A DNA stretch of 64,000 bases from Candidatus Magasanikiibacteriota bacterium. Its GTDB lineage: Bacteria; Patescibacteriota; Patescibacteriia; Magasanikbacterales; UBA922. This document shows, piece after piece, positions 11,251 to 20,692 of the stretch (position 1 is the stretch's first letter; each line of letters begins with the position of its first letter). The notes below the pieces were generated by a model. The model worked only from the letters and a program-made list of their open reading frames with translations. It made no database searches and was not told the origin of the DNA. The stretch spans positions 87,783-151,782 of the forward strand of contig JABIEQ010000002.1 of NCBI GenBank assembly GCA_018651085.1, given 5' to 3'. Both the position numbers and the translations under genes were made by a program.

Positions 11251-11269
11251 TAGGGAAAATATATACTTT

Positions 11270-12520
11270 ATGAAAAAACGAATAGAAATTATGTCACCGG
11301 CTGGTTCGCAAGCTGCTATGCAAGCAGCACTTGATGCCGGCGCTAATGCCATTTACTTTGGTATTGAACAATTAAACATGCGAGCAAGAGCTGCTAATAA
11401 TTTTACGCTTGAAGATCTTCCTCGGATTGCTGAGCTTTGTGGATCTAAGAATGTTCGGACGTATTTAACGCTCAACACTATTTTGTATGATCACGATATA
11501 ACGCTCATGAAAAAGATTTGTGATGCAGCAAAAGAAGCTGGTATTACGGCAATTATTGCAAGTGACATTGCGGCTATTTCTTATGCGCATTCTATTGGTT
11601 TAGAAATTCATATTTCAACACAAACTAACGTTACAAATATCGAAGCTGTGAAATTTTTTGCAGCGTATGCTGACGTTATTGTGCTCGCACGAGAATTAAC
11701 ATTGCAACAAGTTACAAAGATTCATGAAGATATTATTCGTGATGATGTGAAGGGACCAAGTGGAGAACTTGTTCAAATTGAACTGTTTGCCCACGGAGCT
11801 CTATGTGTTGCGATCTCTGGAAAATGTTTTATGAGTTTAGCAACGCATAACGCTTCAGCTAATAGAGGAGCATGTGCACAAAATTGTAGACGATCGTACC
11901 GCGTGATTGATGAAGATACTGGGGTGGAATTGGTGCTTGATAATAAATATGTGATGTCGCCGAAAGATCTTTGTACCATTGGAATTGTTGATAAAGTTAT
12001 TGATGCAGGGGTGACGGTGTTTAAATTAGAAGGACGAGGACGTTCACCTGATTATGTTTCAACTGTTACAAAATGTTATAGAGAAGCAGCGGATGCATAC
12101 TTAGAAGGAACATACACCGAAGAAAAAATTACTGCGTGGGTAGCAGAACTTGAAACGGTATATAACCGTGGGTTTTGGCATGGTGGATATTATTTAGGGA
12201 AAAAGATGGGGGAGTGGAGTGGTAGTTATGGAAATCAATCGACAAAAGAAAATATTTTCCTTGGTCCTGTAAAATCGTTTTTTGTACAAGCTAATGTTGG
12301 AGAGTTTCAAATGGAAACAGGTGAGTTATCTGTTGGGGAAGAAATTTTGGTGACTGGTCCCACAACAGGTGCATTTAAAATGGTTGTTGAAGAACTTCGA
12401 GTGGATGGTGAACCTGCAAAAAAAGCAGTGAAGGGTGATTTAATTACTATTAAAACAAATAGTCGAGTTAGAAAGAGTGATAAACTATTTGTGGTTCGTG
12501 ATCGAGTGAAAGTACAATAA
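11270..12520 (+). CDS. Peptidase-U32-family Fe-S protein (RlhA/TrhP/UbiU-like hydroxylase family)
   Basis: MKKRIEIMSPAGS...GANAIYFG U32 N-terminus; CVAISGKC-x15-CAQNC matches CX6CX15CX3C, the Fe-S motif of U32 hydroxylases. Confidence 0.8.
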   Translation: MKKRIEIMSPAGSQAAMQAALDAGANAIYFGIEQLNMRARAANNFTLEDLPRIAELCGSKNVRTYLTLNTILYDHDITLMKKICDAAKEAGITAIIASDIAAISYAHSIGLEIHISTQTNVTNIEAVKFFAAYADVIVLARELTLQQVTKIHEDIIRDDVKGPSGELVQIELFAHGALCVAISGKCFMSLATHNASANRGACAQNCRRSYRVIDEDTGVELVLDNKYVMSPKDLCTIGIVDKVIDAGVTVFKLEGRGRSPDYVSTVTKCYREAADAYLEGTYTEEKITAWVAELETVYNRGFWHGGYYLGKKMGEWSGSYGNQSTKENIFLGPVKSFFVQANVGEFQMETGELSVGEEILVTGPTTGAFKMVVEELRVDGEPAKKAVKGDLITIKTNSRVRKSDKLFVVRDRVKVQ

Positions 12521-12781
12521 TTGTTTGATATGTCTAAGATTTTGCATTTTCGAAATAATTGTATTGGTTGTGGAAGTTGTACGCTTCATGCGCCTGGTTA
12601 TTGGGAAATGGATGAAAAAGATGGAAAGGCAAATCTTAAACGAGGAAAATTGTGTGGTAAGGTTGATCAGCTTGATGTGTATGAGGGAGAAATAGAACAA
12701 AATGTCCGTGCAGCAGAAGATTGTCCCGTTTCTATCATTCATGTGTATGATGATAATGGAAAGAAAATTTCTCCGAAATAA
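12521..12781 (+). CDS. Single-cluster 4Fe-4S ferredoxin
   Basis: 86 aa; CIGCGSC ... C ... CP pattern (CxxCxxC...CP). Confidence 0.6.
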   Translation: MFDMSKILHFRNNCIGCGSCTLHAPGYWEMDEKDGKANLKRGKLCGKVDQLDVYEGEIEQNVRAAEDCPVSIIHVYDDNGKKISPK

Positions 12782-12895
12782 TAGCGTAATGTTCTCTTTT
12801 TTGGTTAGTTATGGGGTATTTTTCCTACTATGCTTGACGGTCTGTTTTTAATCTGGGTATTATAGGTTTATTAGATAATATTTCATTATTTTTTT

Positions 12896-13369
12896 ATGTC
12901 TGAACATTTTGATCGTTTACTCGATTTAGCAAAACGTACTGGGGACCCTCTTATTGTCCATGATCCTCTCCATGGTCAAGATGTTGTTGTTATGAGCCTT
13001 GATTACTATGAAATGCTTATTAGTGCCAATTCAGGCGTTATGGGGCATGGTGTAGAGCCTGCTTGGCACACTGCTGGGGCTGTACTTGAAGATCGTTTTG
13101 AAGACATGCATGAAGAAATATCTATGCCTTCAACTCCATCAACACCTGCATTTAAGCCTTCTTCTTTTGATAGTACTCCTGTCATGGATGATTTTGCTGA
13201 TCCTTTTTCTATTCCTCCTGCTCCTGCTCCAAAGGCAGCTTCATCTGAATTACATGTTGAAGAGTTACCGTATGATGCTCCTTTTTCTGAAGAAAATAAG
13301 ACTCCATTTGGGGAGGTAGAAGGGCGTTTTGGTGATGACGATCCTGTATTTCTTGAAGAACCAGTATAA
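12896..13369 (+). CDS. Phd/YefM-like antitoxin-fold N-domain fused to an acidic Pro-rich disordered tail; no toxin partner adjacent
   Basis: PLIVHDPLHGQDVVVMSLDYYEMLI resembles the YefM [25 protein letters not shown] block; the C-terminal 100 aa are D/E/P/S-rich. Confidence 0.4.
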   Translation: MSEHFDRLLDLAKRTGDPLIVHDPLHGQDVVVMSLDYYEMLISANSGVMGHGVEPAWHTAGAVLEDRFEDMHEEISMPSTPSTPAFKPSSFDSTPVMDDFADPFSIPPAPAPKAASSELHVEELPYDAPFSEENKTPFGEVEGRFGDDDPVFLEEPV

Positions 13370-13559
13370 TTATTGTTGTGTCCCCACAAAAGCCCTTGAC
13401 GAATGATTAAAAATCTACTATAATCTAGAGCGCGTAGAAATGCGCTCATTTTTATACATTTTTTGCTTTATATAGAGCAAAACATATTTATATACGCCGC
13501 TGGATTACAAAACCAGTCTAATCACTTAGGTCAGGTGCGGCAAGCATTATTTCGTTTGT

Positions 13560-14753
13560 ATGGCAGAAGACTTTGATCGTTCAAAGCCACATGTAAACGT
13601 TGGTACTATTGGTCACGTTGATCATGGGAAGACGACTACAACTGCAGCACTTTTAGCTGTAGCAGGTGCACACGGGCTTATCGCATCAACTAAGAAAGTT
13701 GATGAAATTGACGCTGCACCAGAAGAAAAGGCACGTGGTATTACTATCGCAACAGCTCACGTTGAGTATGCGACAGAAAATCGTCACTACGCTCACGTTG
13801 ATTGTCCAGGACATGCTGATTATGTAAAAAACATGATCACAGGGGCAGCACAGATGGATGGAGCAATTTTGGTTGTTTCAGCAGCTGATGGTCCAATGCC
13901 ACAGACTCGTGAGCACATCTTGCTTGCTCGTCAAGTTGGTGTACCATATATTGTTGTATACCTTAATAAGATTGACCAAGTGACAGATCCTGAACTTATT
14001 GATCTTGTTGAAGAAGAAATTCGTGAACTTCTTACAAAATATGAATTCCCAGGAGAAACTACCCCTATTATCCGAGGATCTTCTTTGAAAGCTCTTGAAA
14101 ATCCATCTGACGAAGCTGCGGCTAAGCCAATCTTGGATCTTCTAAAAGCACTTGACGAATACATTCCTACACCTGAACGAGATCTTGATAAAGATTTCCT
14201 CATGCCTATTGAAGATGTTTTCTCAATTGAAGGGCGTGGAACAGTAGTTACTGGAAGAATTGATCGTGGTATTGTTAAAGTTGGTGAAACAGTAGAAATT
14301 GTTGGAATGGGAGTTGATGTAAGTAGTACAACAGTTACTGGAGTAGAGATGTTTAACAAGAACCTTGACCAAGGACAAGCTGGAGACAATGCTGGAATTC
14401 TTCTTCGTGGTACAAAAAAGGAAGATGTTCAACGTGGACAAGTTCTTTCTAAACCAGGAACAATTAATCCACATACTGAATTTGAAGCAGAAGTGTACGT
14501 ACTTACCAAAGAAGAAGGTGGACGTCATAAGCCATTTTTCAAAGGGTATAAACCACAGTTTTACATTCGTACAACTGACGTAACTGGTGAAGTTGAACTT
14601 CCAGAAGGAAGTGAAATGGTAATGCCAGGAGACACTGTTAAACTAAAAATTAAACTTATTGTACCAGTTGCTATGGAAGAAAAAGTTCGATTTGCTATTC
14701 GTGAGGGTGGACGAACTGTTGGAGCTGGTGTTGTAACGAAGATTCTTAACTAA
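13560..14753 (+). CDS. tuf: Elongation factor Tu
   Basis: [21 protein letters not shown] GTPase motifs; 397 aa. Confidence 0.97.
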   Translation: MAEDFDRSKPHVNVGTIGHVDHGKTTTTAALLAVAGAHGLIASTKKVDEIDAAPEEKARGITIATAHVEYATENRHYAHVDCPGHADYVKNMITGAAQMDGAILVVSAADGPMPQTREHILLARQVGVPYIVVYLNKIDQVTDPELIDLVEEEIRELLTKYEFPGETTPIIRGSSLKALENPSDEAAAKPILDLLKALDEYIPTPERDLDKDFLMPIEDVFSIEGRGTVVTGRIDRGIVKVGETVEIVGMGVDVSSTTVTGVEMFNKNLDQGQAGDNAGILLRGTKKEDVQRGQVLSKPGTINPHTEFEAEVYVLTKEEGGRHKPFFKGYKPQFYIRTTDVTGEVELPEGSEMVMPGDTVKLKIKLIVPVAMEEKVRFAIREGGRTVGAGVVTKILN

Positions 14754-14765
14754 TCTTTATTTAAA

Positions 14766-14789
14766 GGGGGAGGGTAACCTCCCTTTTTA
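14766..14789 (+). terminator. Hairpin plus T-run after tuf (likely a partial terminator before rpsJ)
   Basis: gggagg-gtaa-cctccc followed by TTTTT. Confidence 0.45.
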
Positions 14790-14809
14790 TTGTTCTTTTA
14801 TCTTACTCT

Positions 14810-15151
14810 ATGACTGATCAACCAAAACCAGAAGCACAACAAGCTGGTCCGAGAATTCGGATCAAAATTTGTGCATTCGACAGTATCATTATTGATACAG
14901 CAACAAAAACTATTATTGAGACTGCTGAACGAAATAATGCAAAGGTTGTGGGACCTGTTCCACTACCAACGCATAAAAAGAAGTTTAGTGTGAATCGGTC
15001 TACTTTTGTGCATCGTCGTTCAGGGGAGCAATTTGAGATTCGTACGCATAAGCGACTTATTGATATTTTGAACCCTAATCCAAAGGCAATTGATGCGTTA
15101 ATGAACCTGAATTTGCCGAGTGGTGTTGATGTTGAGATCAAGATGAGTTAA
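14810..15151 (+). CDS. rpsJ: 30S ribosomal protein S10
   Basis: RIRIKICAFD...PVPLPT motif. Confidence 0.95.
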   Translation: MTDQPKPEAQQAGPRIRIKICAFDSIIIDTATKTIIETAERNNAKVVGPVPLPTHKKKFSVNRSTFVHRRSGEQFEIRTHKRLIDILNPNPKAIDALMNLNLPSGVDVEIKMS

Positions 15152-15254
15152 TATTCAACTCGTTTTTGGAGTTGCTGCCCCTTTCGGGGGTAGTATTCTA
15201 GAAATGATCTGATATTTCTTGATTTCTGTGGATAATCATGGGTATATCTCGCCC

Positions 15255-15283
15255 TTGACAGTCTGTATCAAATTTAGTATTAT
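15255..15283 (+). promoter_or_regulatory. Consensus sigma70 promoter in the 370-nt rpsJ-rplC gap (TTGACA-N17-TATTAT)
   Basis: cttgaca gtctgtatcaaatttag tattat seen directly. Confidence 0.5.
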
Positions 15284-15522
15284 ATTGGCGTCTAGATTTA
15301 ACTCTAATGAGGTTCCGTCAGATAAGATCCTAGCTATTAGGAAAACATCTGTGCTCGACCATTATTAGTTTTCGTGAGGTACCCTTCTAAATTATATATT
15401 CCCCTTTATTACAGTTTAATACCTCATTTGTGAGGTCGGTTTGTAAAAAGGCTAGAAGTAGTTATATGACACTCTTGTGTCGCGTTACTGCTTCTAGTTT
15501 TTTGTTAGCAGTCTTGAAGTAT

Positions 15523-16299
15523 ATGAAATTCATTTTAGGAAAAAAACTTGGGATGACACAGGTGTTTCGTGAAGACGGAGCTGTAGTTCCTGTTACCCGT
15601 GTATTTGCTGGACCATGTGTCGTTACGCAAATCAAACATGCTACAAAAGATGGTGTTGATTCTGTACAAGTTGGTTTTGGAGAACAAAAGTCATTTCGAT
15701 TAAACAAGGCAAAGCAAGGACACTTAAAAGATCTTGCAACTGTTCGTTTTGTGAAAGAGTTTCGTTCTTCTGAAGATCATGACCTTAAACGTGGTGACAC
15801 GTTTAGTGTTAAAGTATTTGCACCTGGTGAAAAAGTACACGTTGTTGGTACCTCTAAAGGAAAAGGATTCCAAGGTGTTGTAAAACGTCATGGATTTTCT
15901 GGTGGTCCTGCTAGTCATGGTCACAAAGATCAACTTCGTATGCCTGGAAGTATTGGAGCAACAGATGCTGCTCGTGTATTTAAAGGGAAAAAGATGGGAG
16001 GTCGCATGGGGGGAGACAGAGTGACTGTTAAAAATCTTGAGATTGTTGATATCTTACCTGAAGAGAATATTCTTCTTATTAAAGGTGCTGTTCCTGGAGG
16101 ACGTGGTGGTCTACTAATGATTTCTACTCCTGAAGGAAAGATGGTTATTGATTCAGTAGAAGAGATTGTGCCTGAAGTTGACGTTAAAGAAGTTGTTCCT
16201 GAAGAAGCTCTTGTAAAAGAAGCTGTTGCAAAAGAAGAAGTTGTTGAAGAATCAAAAGAAGTTCCTAAAGAGGAAGCTTCTGCAACTGATAAAGCATAA
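15523..16299 (+). CDS. rplC: 50S ribosomal protein L3 with a ~45-aa acidic E/K/V-rich C-terminal extension
   Basis: MKFILGKKLGMTQVFREDG start; tail EEIVPEVDVKEVVPEEALVKEAVAKEEVVEESKEVPKEE. Confidence 0.9.
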   Translation: MKFILGKKLGMTQVFREDGAVVPVTRVFAGPCVVTQIKHATKDGVDSVQVGFGEQKSFRLNKAKQGHLKDLATVRFVKEFRSSEDHDLKRGDTFSVKVFAPGEKVHVVGTSKGKGFQGVVKRHGFSGGPASHGHKDQLRMPGSIGATDAARVFKGKKMGGRMGGDRVTVKNLEIVDILPEENILLIKGAVPGGRGGLLMISTPEGKMVIDSVEEIVPEVDVKEVVPEEALVKEAVAKEEVVEESKEVPKEEASATDKA

Positions 16300-16304
16300 A
16301 TTAT

Positions 16305-16937
16305 ATGGCAACCGTATCATTATACAACGCACAAGGTAAAGAAAACGGAAAGATTGAGCTTTCTGATGCTGTATTTGGTGTGCCTGTAAAGCAAAATGTT
16401 GTTCATGAAGTGTATACTGCAATTCGTGCAAATGCACGTCAACCATGGGCTCATACAAAAAATAAAAGTGAAGTACGTGGTGGTGGAAGAAAACCATGGC
16501 GTCAAAAGGGGACTGGTCGTGCTCGACACGGATCTATTCGTTCTCCGCTTTGGACTGGTGGTGGTGTGACATTTGGTCCACGATCAACTCGTAATTTTAC
16601 AAAAAAGATTAATAGAAAGAAAAGTCAGTCTGCTGTTCGTATGTGTTTGACTGATAAGGTGCTAGAAAAGAAACTGTTTGTGCTTGATGCACTTACAAGT
16701 GAAGATGGAAAAACAAAAGCATTTGTTGCATTACGAGAGGCTTTTCCAGAATCATATAAATCAACACTTGTTGTACTTCCGAAAACTGATGAAATGGTTC
16801 TTCGTGCGACAGGTAATATTCCAAAACTTGATGTTGTAAGAGCACAAGATGTGAATGTCGTTGATTTGATGCATCATCAGTATATCTTTGTTTCAAAAGA
16901 TAGTGTTGACGCATTAGTAGCGCGCCTTGCAAAATAA
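16305..16937 (+). CDS. rplD: 50S ribosomal protein L4
   Basis: GGGRKPWRQKGTGRARHGS motif. Confidence 0.93.
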   Translation: MATVSLYNAQGKENGKIELSDAVFGVPVKQNVVHEVYTAIRANARQPWAHTKNKSEVRGGGRKPWRQKGTGRARHGSIRSPLWTGGGVTFGPRSTRNFTKKINRKKSQSAVRMCLTDKVLEKKLFVLDALTSEDGKTKAFVALREAFPESYKSTLVVLPKTDEMVLRATGNIPKLDVVRAQDVNVVDLMHHQYIFVSKDSVDALVARLAK

Positions 16938-16946
16938 TTTTGATGT

Positions 16947-17390
16947 ATGGGAATTTTAGATAAATTGACAAAGAAAAAATTATCAAAGCAACCAGAAAAA
17001 GCTGGTGTTATTCCTGCTGCGAAAGAAGTGAAACCTGCAGTGAAAAAAGCTGTAGCTGCGTCATCAACAAAAAAAGCCACTCCTGCTCCTAAGGTAACTG
17101 TTGGTGGTAACGCTTACCGTATTATCAAACACCCAGTGATTAGTGAAAAAGCAGTGTTTGGAGAAAAGAATGGTCAATACACATTTATTGTGGTTGACAG
17201 TGCGAATAAAATTGAGATCAAAAATGCTATAAAGCAGATTTATGGAGTTATGCCGAAGAAAGTTCGGGTAATGCATATTGAAGGGAAATCAAAGCGTTTT
17301 GGTCGTCTTCGAGGAAGACGAAGTGATTATAAAAAAGCGATCGTGTTTCTTTCAAAGGGACAGCGTATTAATATCCATGAAGGGGTGTAA
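16947..17390 (+). CDS. rplW: 50S ribosomal protein L23 with a ~55-aa K/A-rich N-terminal extension
   Basis: core AYRIIKHPVISEKA...GRRSDYKKAIV; N-terminal KKKLSKQPEKAGVIPAAKEVKPAVKKAVAASSTKKATPAPK. Confidence 0.88.
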   Translation: MGILDKLTKKKLSKQPEKAGVIPAAKEVKPAVKKAVAASSTKKATPAPKVTVGGNAYRIIKHPVISEKAVFGEKNGQYTFIVVDSANKIEIKNAIKQIYGVMPKKVRVMHIEGKSKRFGRLRGRRSDYKKAIVFLSKGQRINIHEGV

Positions 17391-17395
17391 TTTCT

Positions 17396-18241
17396 ATGGC
17401 AGTAAAAGTATATAAACCAACTACACCAGGACGTCGCCGATCAAGCGTAGAAGACTTTTCTGATATTACAAAAAAGAAACCAGAGCGTGCACTTGTGACT
17501 CGTATTATGAAAAGCGGTGGACGAAATAATACTGGTCGTATTACTGTTCGTCATCGTGGTGGTGGAGCAAAGAGACTATATCGAATGATTGATTTTACTC
17601 GAAGTCGTTTTGACATGCCAGCAGAAGTGATTGCGATCGAATATGATCCAAATCGAGGACCTAGAATTGCTCTTATCCAATATGAAGATGAAAAGAAGGC
17701 CTATATTTTGGCTGGAGAAGGAATGAAAGTAGGAACAAAGGTTCTGTCTTCACAAAAAGCTATTGAAGCTGTGAATGGAGCTCGTATGCCACTTGAGCAT
17801 ATCCCCTCTGGAATGTTTGTTTACAATGTTGAACTACAACCAACAAAAGGTGGACAAGTTGTTCGTGGGGCTGGAGCTGGAGCACAGATTCAAGTTATTG
17901 AAGGAAAATATGCACAATTGAAACTTCCTTCAGGAGAAATTCGATTGTTCCTAAAAGAATGCATGGGAACCGTTGGTCGTGTAGGAAATTCAGATTATCA
18001 ATTGGTTCGATTAGGAAAAGCTGGACGACGACGACACCTTGGATGGCGTCCAACAGTAAAAGGAAAGAACATGAACCCTGTTGATCACCCTCATGGTGGT
18101 GGAGAAGGGCACAGTCCGATTGGTTTGAAAGTTGGTCCAAAAACTCCTTGGGGTAAGAAAGCTCGTGGAGTAAAGACTCGAAAGAAAGGGAAATGGAATG
18201 ATAAACTTATTGTTCAACGTCGAAAGCGTAAGAAACGGTAA
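17396..18241 (+). CDS. rplB: 50S ribosomal protein L2
   Basis: HRGGGAKRLYR, NPVDHPHGGGEG motifs. Confidence 0.95.
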   Translation: MAVKVYKPTTPGRRRSSVEDFSDITKKKPERALVTRIMKSGGRNNTGRITVRHRGGGAKRLYRMIDFTRSRFDMPAEVIAIEYDPNRGPRIALIQYEDEKKAYILAGEGMKVGTKVLSSQKAIEAVNGARMPLEHIPSGMFVYNVELQPTKGGQVVRGAGAGAQIQVIEGKYAQLKLPSGEIRLFLKECMGTVGRVGNSDYQLVRLGKAGRRRHLGWRPTVKGKNMNPVDHPHGGGEGHSPIGLKVGPKTPWGKKARGVKTRKKGKWNDKLIVQRRKRKKR

Positions 18242-18250
18242 TTTCATTAT

Positions 18251-18529
18251 ATGTCAAGAAGTTTAAAAAAAGGGCCATTTGTTGCTCCAAAACTCATGAA
18301 AAAGGTAACGAAAGCGAAAGCTGAAAATGATCGTAAACCCATTAAAACATGGGCACGAGCATCAACGATTACCCCTGAAATGGTAGGAATGAAATTCTTA
18401 GTACATAACGGGAAAGATTTTCTTGAAGTGTATGTAGAAGAGAACATGGTTGGTCATAAGTTAGGTGAGTTTTCTCCAACACGGAAGTTCCGTGGTCATG
18501 GTGGTAAACTTGCAAAAGGACAAAAATAA
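18251..18529 (+). CDS. rpsS: 30S ribosomal protein S19
   Basis: [10 protein letters not shown]...HNGKDF motifs. Confidence 0.95.
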   Translation: MSRSLKKGPFVAPKLMKKVTKAKAENDRKPIKTWARASTITPEMVGMKFLVHNGKDFLEVYVEENMVGHKLGEFSPTRKFRGHGGKLAKGQK

Positions 18530-18543
18530 GCTAATTTTACGAT

Positions 18544-18987
18544 ATGAAAGCGCAAGCAAAAGCAAAACTTAGATATTTACGAATGAGCCCTAGAAAGGTA
18601 CGATTATTGGTGGACCTTATTCGTGGTATGGAAGCTGATAAAGCATTGTTACAGTTACAATTTTCTCAAAAAGCAGCAGCACGTCCTATTAAGAAGCTTC
18701 TTGAGTCAGTTATTGCAAATGCTGTGCATAATCATAGTGTAGAAAAGAATAGTTTAGTAGTAAAAACCGCATTTGTTGACGGTGGACCAATTCTTTATCG
18801 ATGGCGTCCACGCGCATTTGGTCGGGCATCTAAGATTCGTAAACGAACGTCACACGTGACGCTTATTGTTGAAGGTGACTTAGCTGCAACAAAAAAGGAT
18901 GCTGAAGTGAAAGAAGAAGTAGTTGTAGAAAGTACAAAAGAAACAGTAGAAAAGAAGAACGTAGCTCCTAAAAAAGCAAGCAAATAA
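18544..18987 (+). CDS. rplV: 50S ribosomal protein L22 with a K/E-rich C-terminal extension
   Basis: LRMSPRKVRLLVDLIRG; extra ~35-aa tail. Confidence 0.9.
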   Translation: MKAQAKAKLRYLRMSPRKVRLLVDLIRGMEADKALLQLQFSQKAAARPIKKLLESVIANAVHNHSVEKNSLVVKTAFVDGGPILYRWRPRAFGRASKIRKRTSHVTLIVEGDLAATKKDAEVKEEVVVESTKETVEKKNVAPKKASK

Positions 18988-19010
18988 TATTAGAACACAT
19001 AACGTACGCT

Positions 19011-19739
19011 ATGGGACGAAAAGTTCATCCAACAATTCATAGAACACAAGTGATTTACACATGGAATTCACGTTGGTTTGCGAAAAAGAAAGATTACGCA
19101 ACATTTGTTGTGCAAGATATTCGTATTCGTGAGTACCTTAAAAAGAAGTTTAAGGATGCACATATTGATGCTATTGGTCTTGAGCGTGGTCCAAAGAATA
19201 TTATTGTTACTATTTTAGCAGCAAAACCTGGTTTCATTATTGGTCGAGGCGGAAAAGGACTAGATGAAGTTCGTAAACACATTGAACGAAAGATTTTACA
19301 GATGAAGACACGAGTGAAAATTAATGTGCGAGAAGTTCGTTCACCAGCATTGTCAGCAGCAGTTGTTGCACAGACTATTGCAGGAGACACAGAACGTCGT
19401 GTTCGGTATCGACGAACCATGAAACAAGCAATTGAAAGAGTGATGAAAGCTGGAGCCAAAGGGGTGAAGGTGAAAATGTCTGGACGACTTAATGGTGCTG
19501 AAATTGCACGAACAGAAACACTTTTTCGAGGAAAAATTCCATTGATTACATTACGAAGTGATATTGATTACGCTCTTGTTGAAGCGCAAACAATTTATGG
19601 TAAGATTGGTATTAAAGTGTGGGTATATCTTGGCGAAGTATTTGGACGAAAGGACAAATTTGCTGAAAGCAAAACAGAAGGTGATGCAGCAAAGAAAAAT
19701 ACATCACGAAGAAGTCCATCACGAAAAAACACGAAATAA
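19011..19739 (+). CDS. rpsC: 30S ribosomal protein S3
   Basis: MGRKVHP...GRGGKG KH-domain motifs. Confidence 0.95.
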   Translation: MGRKVHPTIHRTQVIYTWNSRWFAKKKDYATFVVQDIRIREYLKKKFKDAHIDAIGLERGPKNIIVTILAAKPGFIIGRGGKGLDEVRKHIERKILQMKTRVKINVREVRSPALSAAVVAQTIAGDTERRVRYRRTMKQAIERVMKAGAKGVKVKMSGRLNGAEIARTETLFRGKIPLITLRSDIDYALVEAQTIYGKIGIKVWVYLGEVFGRKDKFAESKTEGDAAKKNTSRRSPSRKNTK

Positions 19740-19748
19740 CGAGATGAT

Positions 19749-20162
19749 ATGTTGTTACCAAAAAAAGTAAAACATAGAAAATGGCAAAAGCCACGACGCA
19801 TGAATAAAGGTGTCGCAACACGAACAAATACTGTCGCATTTGGACAGTTTGGTATTGTTGCTACAACACATGCTTGGGTAAGTTCACGTCAAATTGAATC
19901 TGCTCGTCGTGTGATCACTCGATATGTTCGTCGCGGTGGAAAGATGTGGATTCGTATATTTCCAGATCGACCAGTAACACGAAAAGGATCAGAGGTTCCC
20001 ATGGGAAAAGGAAAAGGTGCACCGGATCATTATGTATGTACGGTAAAACCTGGAACAGTACTATTTGAAGTAGCTGGGATTTCTGAAGAAAAAGCACGAG
20101 AGTCACTTATGCTTTCTGGGTATAAATTGCCAGTTAAGGTGAGATTTGTTAAGAAAGTATAA
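19749..20162 (+). CDS. rplP: 50S ribosomal protein L16
   Basis: MLLPKKVKHRK...RMNKG motifs. Confidence 0.95.
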   Translation: MLLPKKVKHRKWQKPRRMNKGVATRTNTVAFGQFGIVATTHAWVSSRQIESARRVITRYVRRGGKMWIRIFPDRPVTRKGSEVPMGKGKGAPDHYVCTVKPGTVLFEVAGISEEKARESLMLSGYKLPVKVRFVKKV

Positions 20163-20172
20163 CGCGTTTTGT

Positions 20173-20379
20173 ATGGCATACATTGATTTAACAAGTAAAA
20201 CAGAAAAAGAACTCCAAGCATTGCTTGCGCAAAAACGTGATGCGCTTCGGGAGCTTCGATTTAAAGTAAGTGAAGGGCAACTAAAACAAACCCACCTTAT
20301 TTCTGAAATGAAAAGAGATATTGCTCACGTGTTGACTGCGCTTAACGCAAGACGTCACGATGAGGCAAATCAACAATAA
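20173..20379 (+). CDS. rpmC: 50S ribosomal protein L29
   Basis: ELQALLAQKRDALRELRFK; start moved to the internal Met after the rplP stop. Confidence 0.85.
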   Translation: MAYIDLTSKTEKELQALLAQKRDALRELRFKVSEGQLKQTHLISEMKRDIAHVLTALNARRHDEANQQ

Positions 20380-20390
20380 TTATTGTACGT

Positions 20391-20666
20391 ATGAGTAAAG
20401 TAGAAACAACACAAGAACCTAAAAAACAGATCCGTCGATTCGAAGGTATTGTTAAACATGCAAAAGATAAGACTGCTCGTGTTGAAGTTACTCGTACAGT
20501 AATGCACCAAAAATACCGAAAACAATATAAGACCCATAAAAATTATGCTGTGCATGATGAGAAAGAAACTGCTGAGGCAGGGGACACTGTATCGTTTGTT
20601 GAATGTCGACCATTTAGTAAAACAAAACGTTGGCGGCTAACAGCGATTGTAAAGAAAGCGGCGTAA
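20391..20666 (+). CDS. rpsQ: 30S ribosomal protein S17
   Basis: RFEGIVKHAKDKTARVEV...HDE OB-fold pattern. Confidence 0.9.
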   Translation: MSKVETTQEPKKQIRRFEGIVKHAKDKTARVEVTRTVMHQKYRKQYKTHKNYAVHDEKETAEAGDTVSFVECRPFSKTKRWRLTAIVKKAA

Positions 20667-20692
20667 TACTTAGATAATTTTATCGATTTGAT

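Noticed and set aside
13441-13559. Looked for a tRNA (Thr/Tyr/Gly cluster) upstream of tuf, as in many bacteria
   Set aside because: No acceptor/T-arm pattern could be folded from the sequence
13931-14583. Several 70-150-aa ORFs overlapping tuf on both strands
   Set aside because: tuf identity is unambiguous; the overlaps are frame artefacts
15430-15522. N-terminal 31 codons of the ORF-track rplC call
   Set aside because: L3 homology starts at MKFILGKKLGMTQ (15523); upstream codons are read-through of the leader
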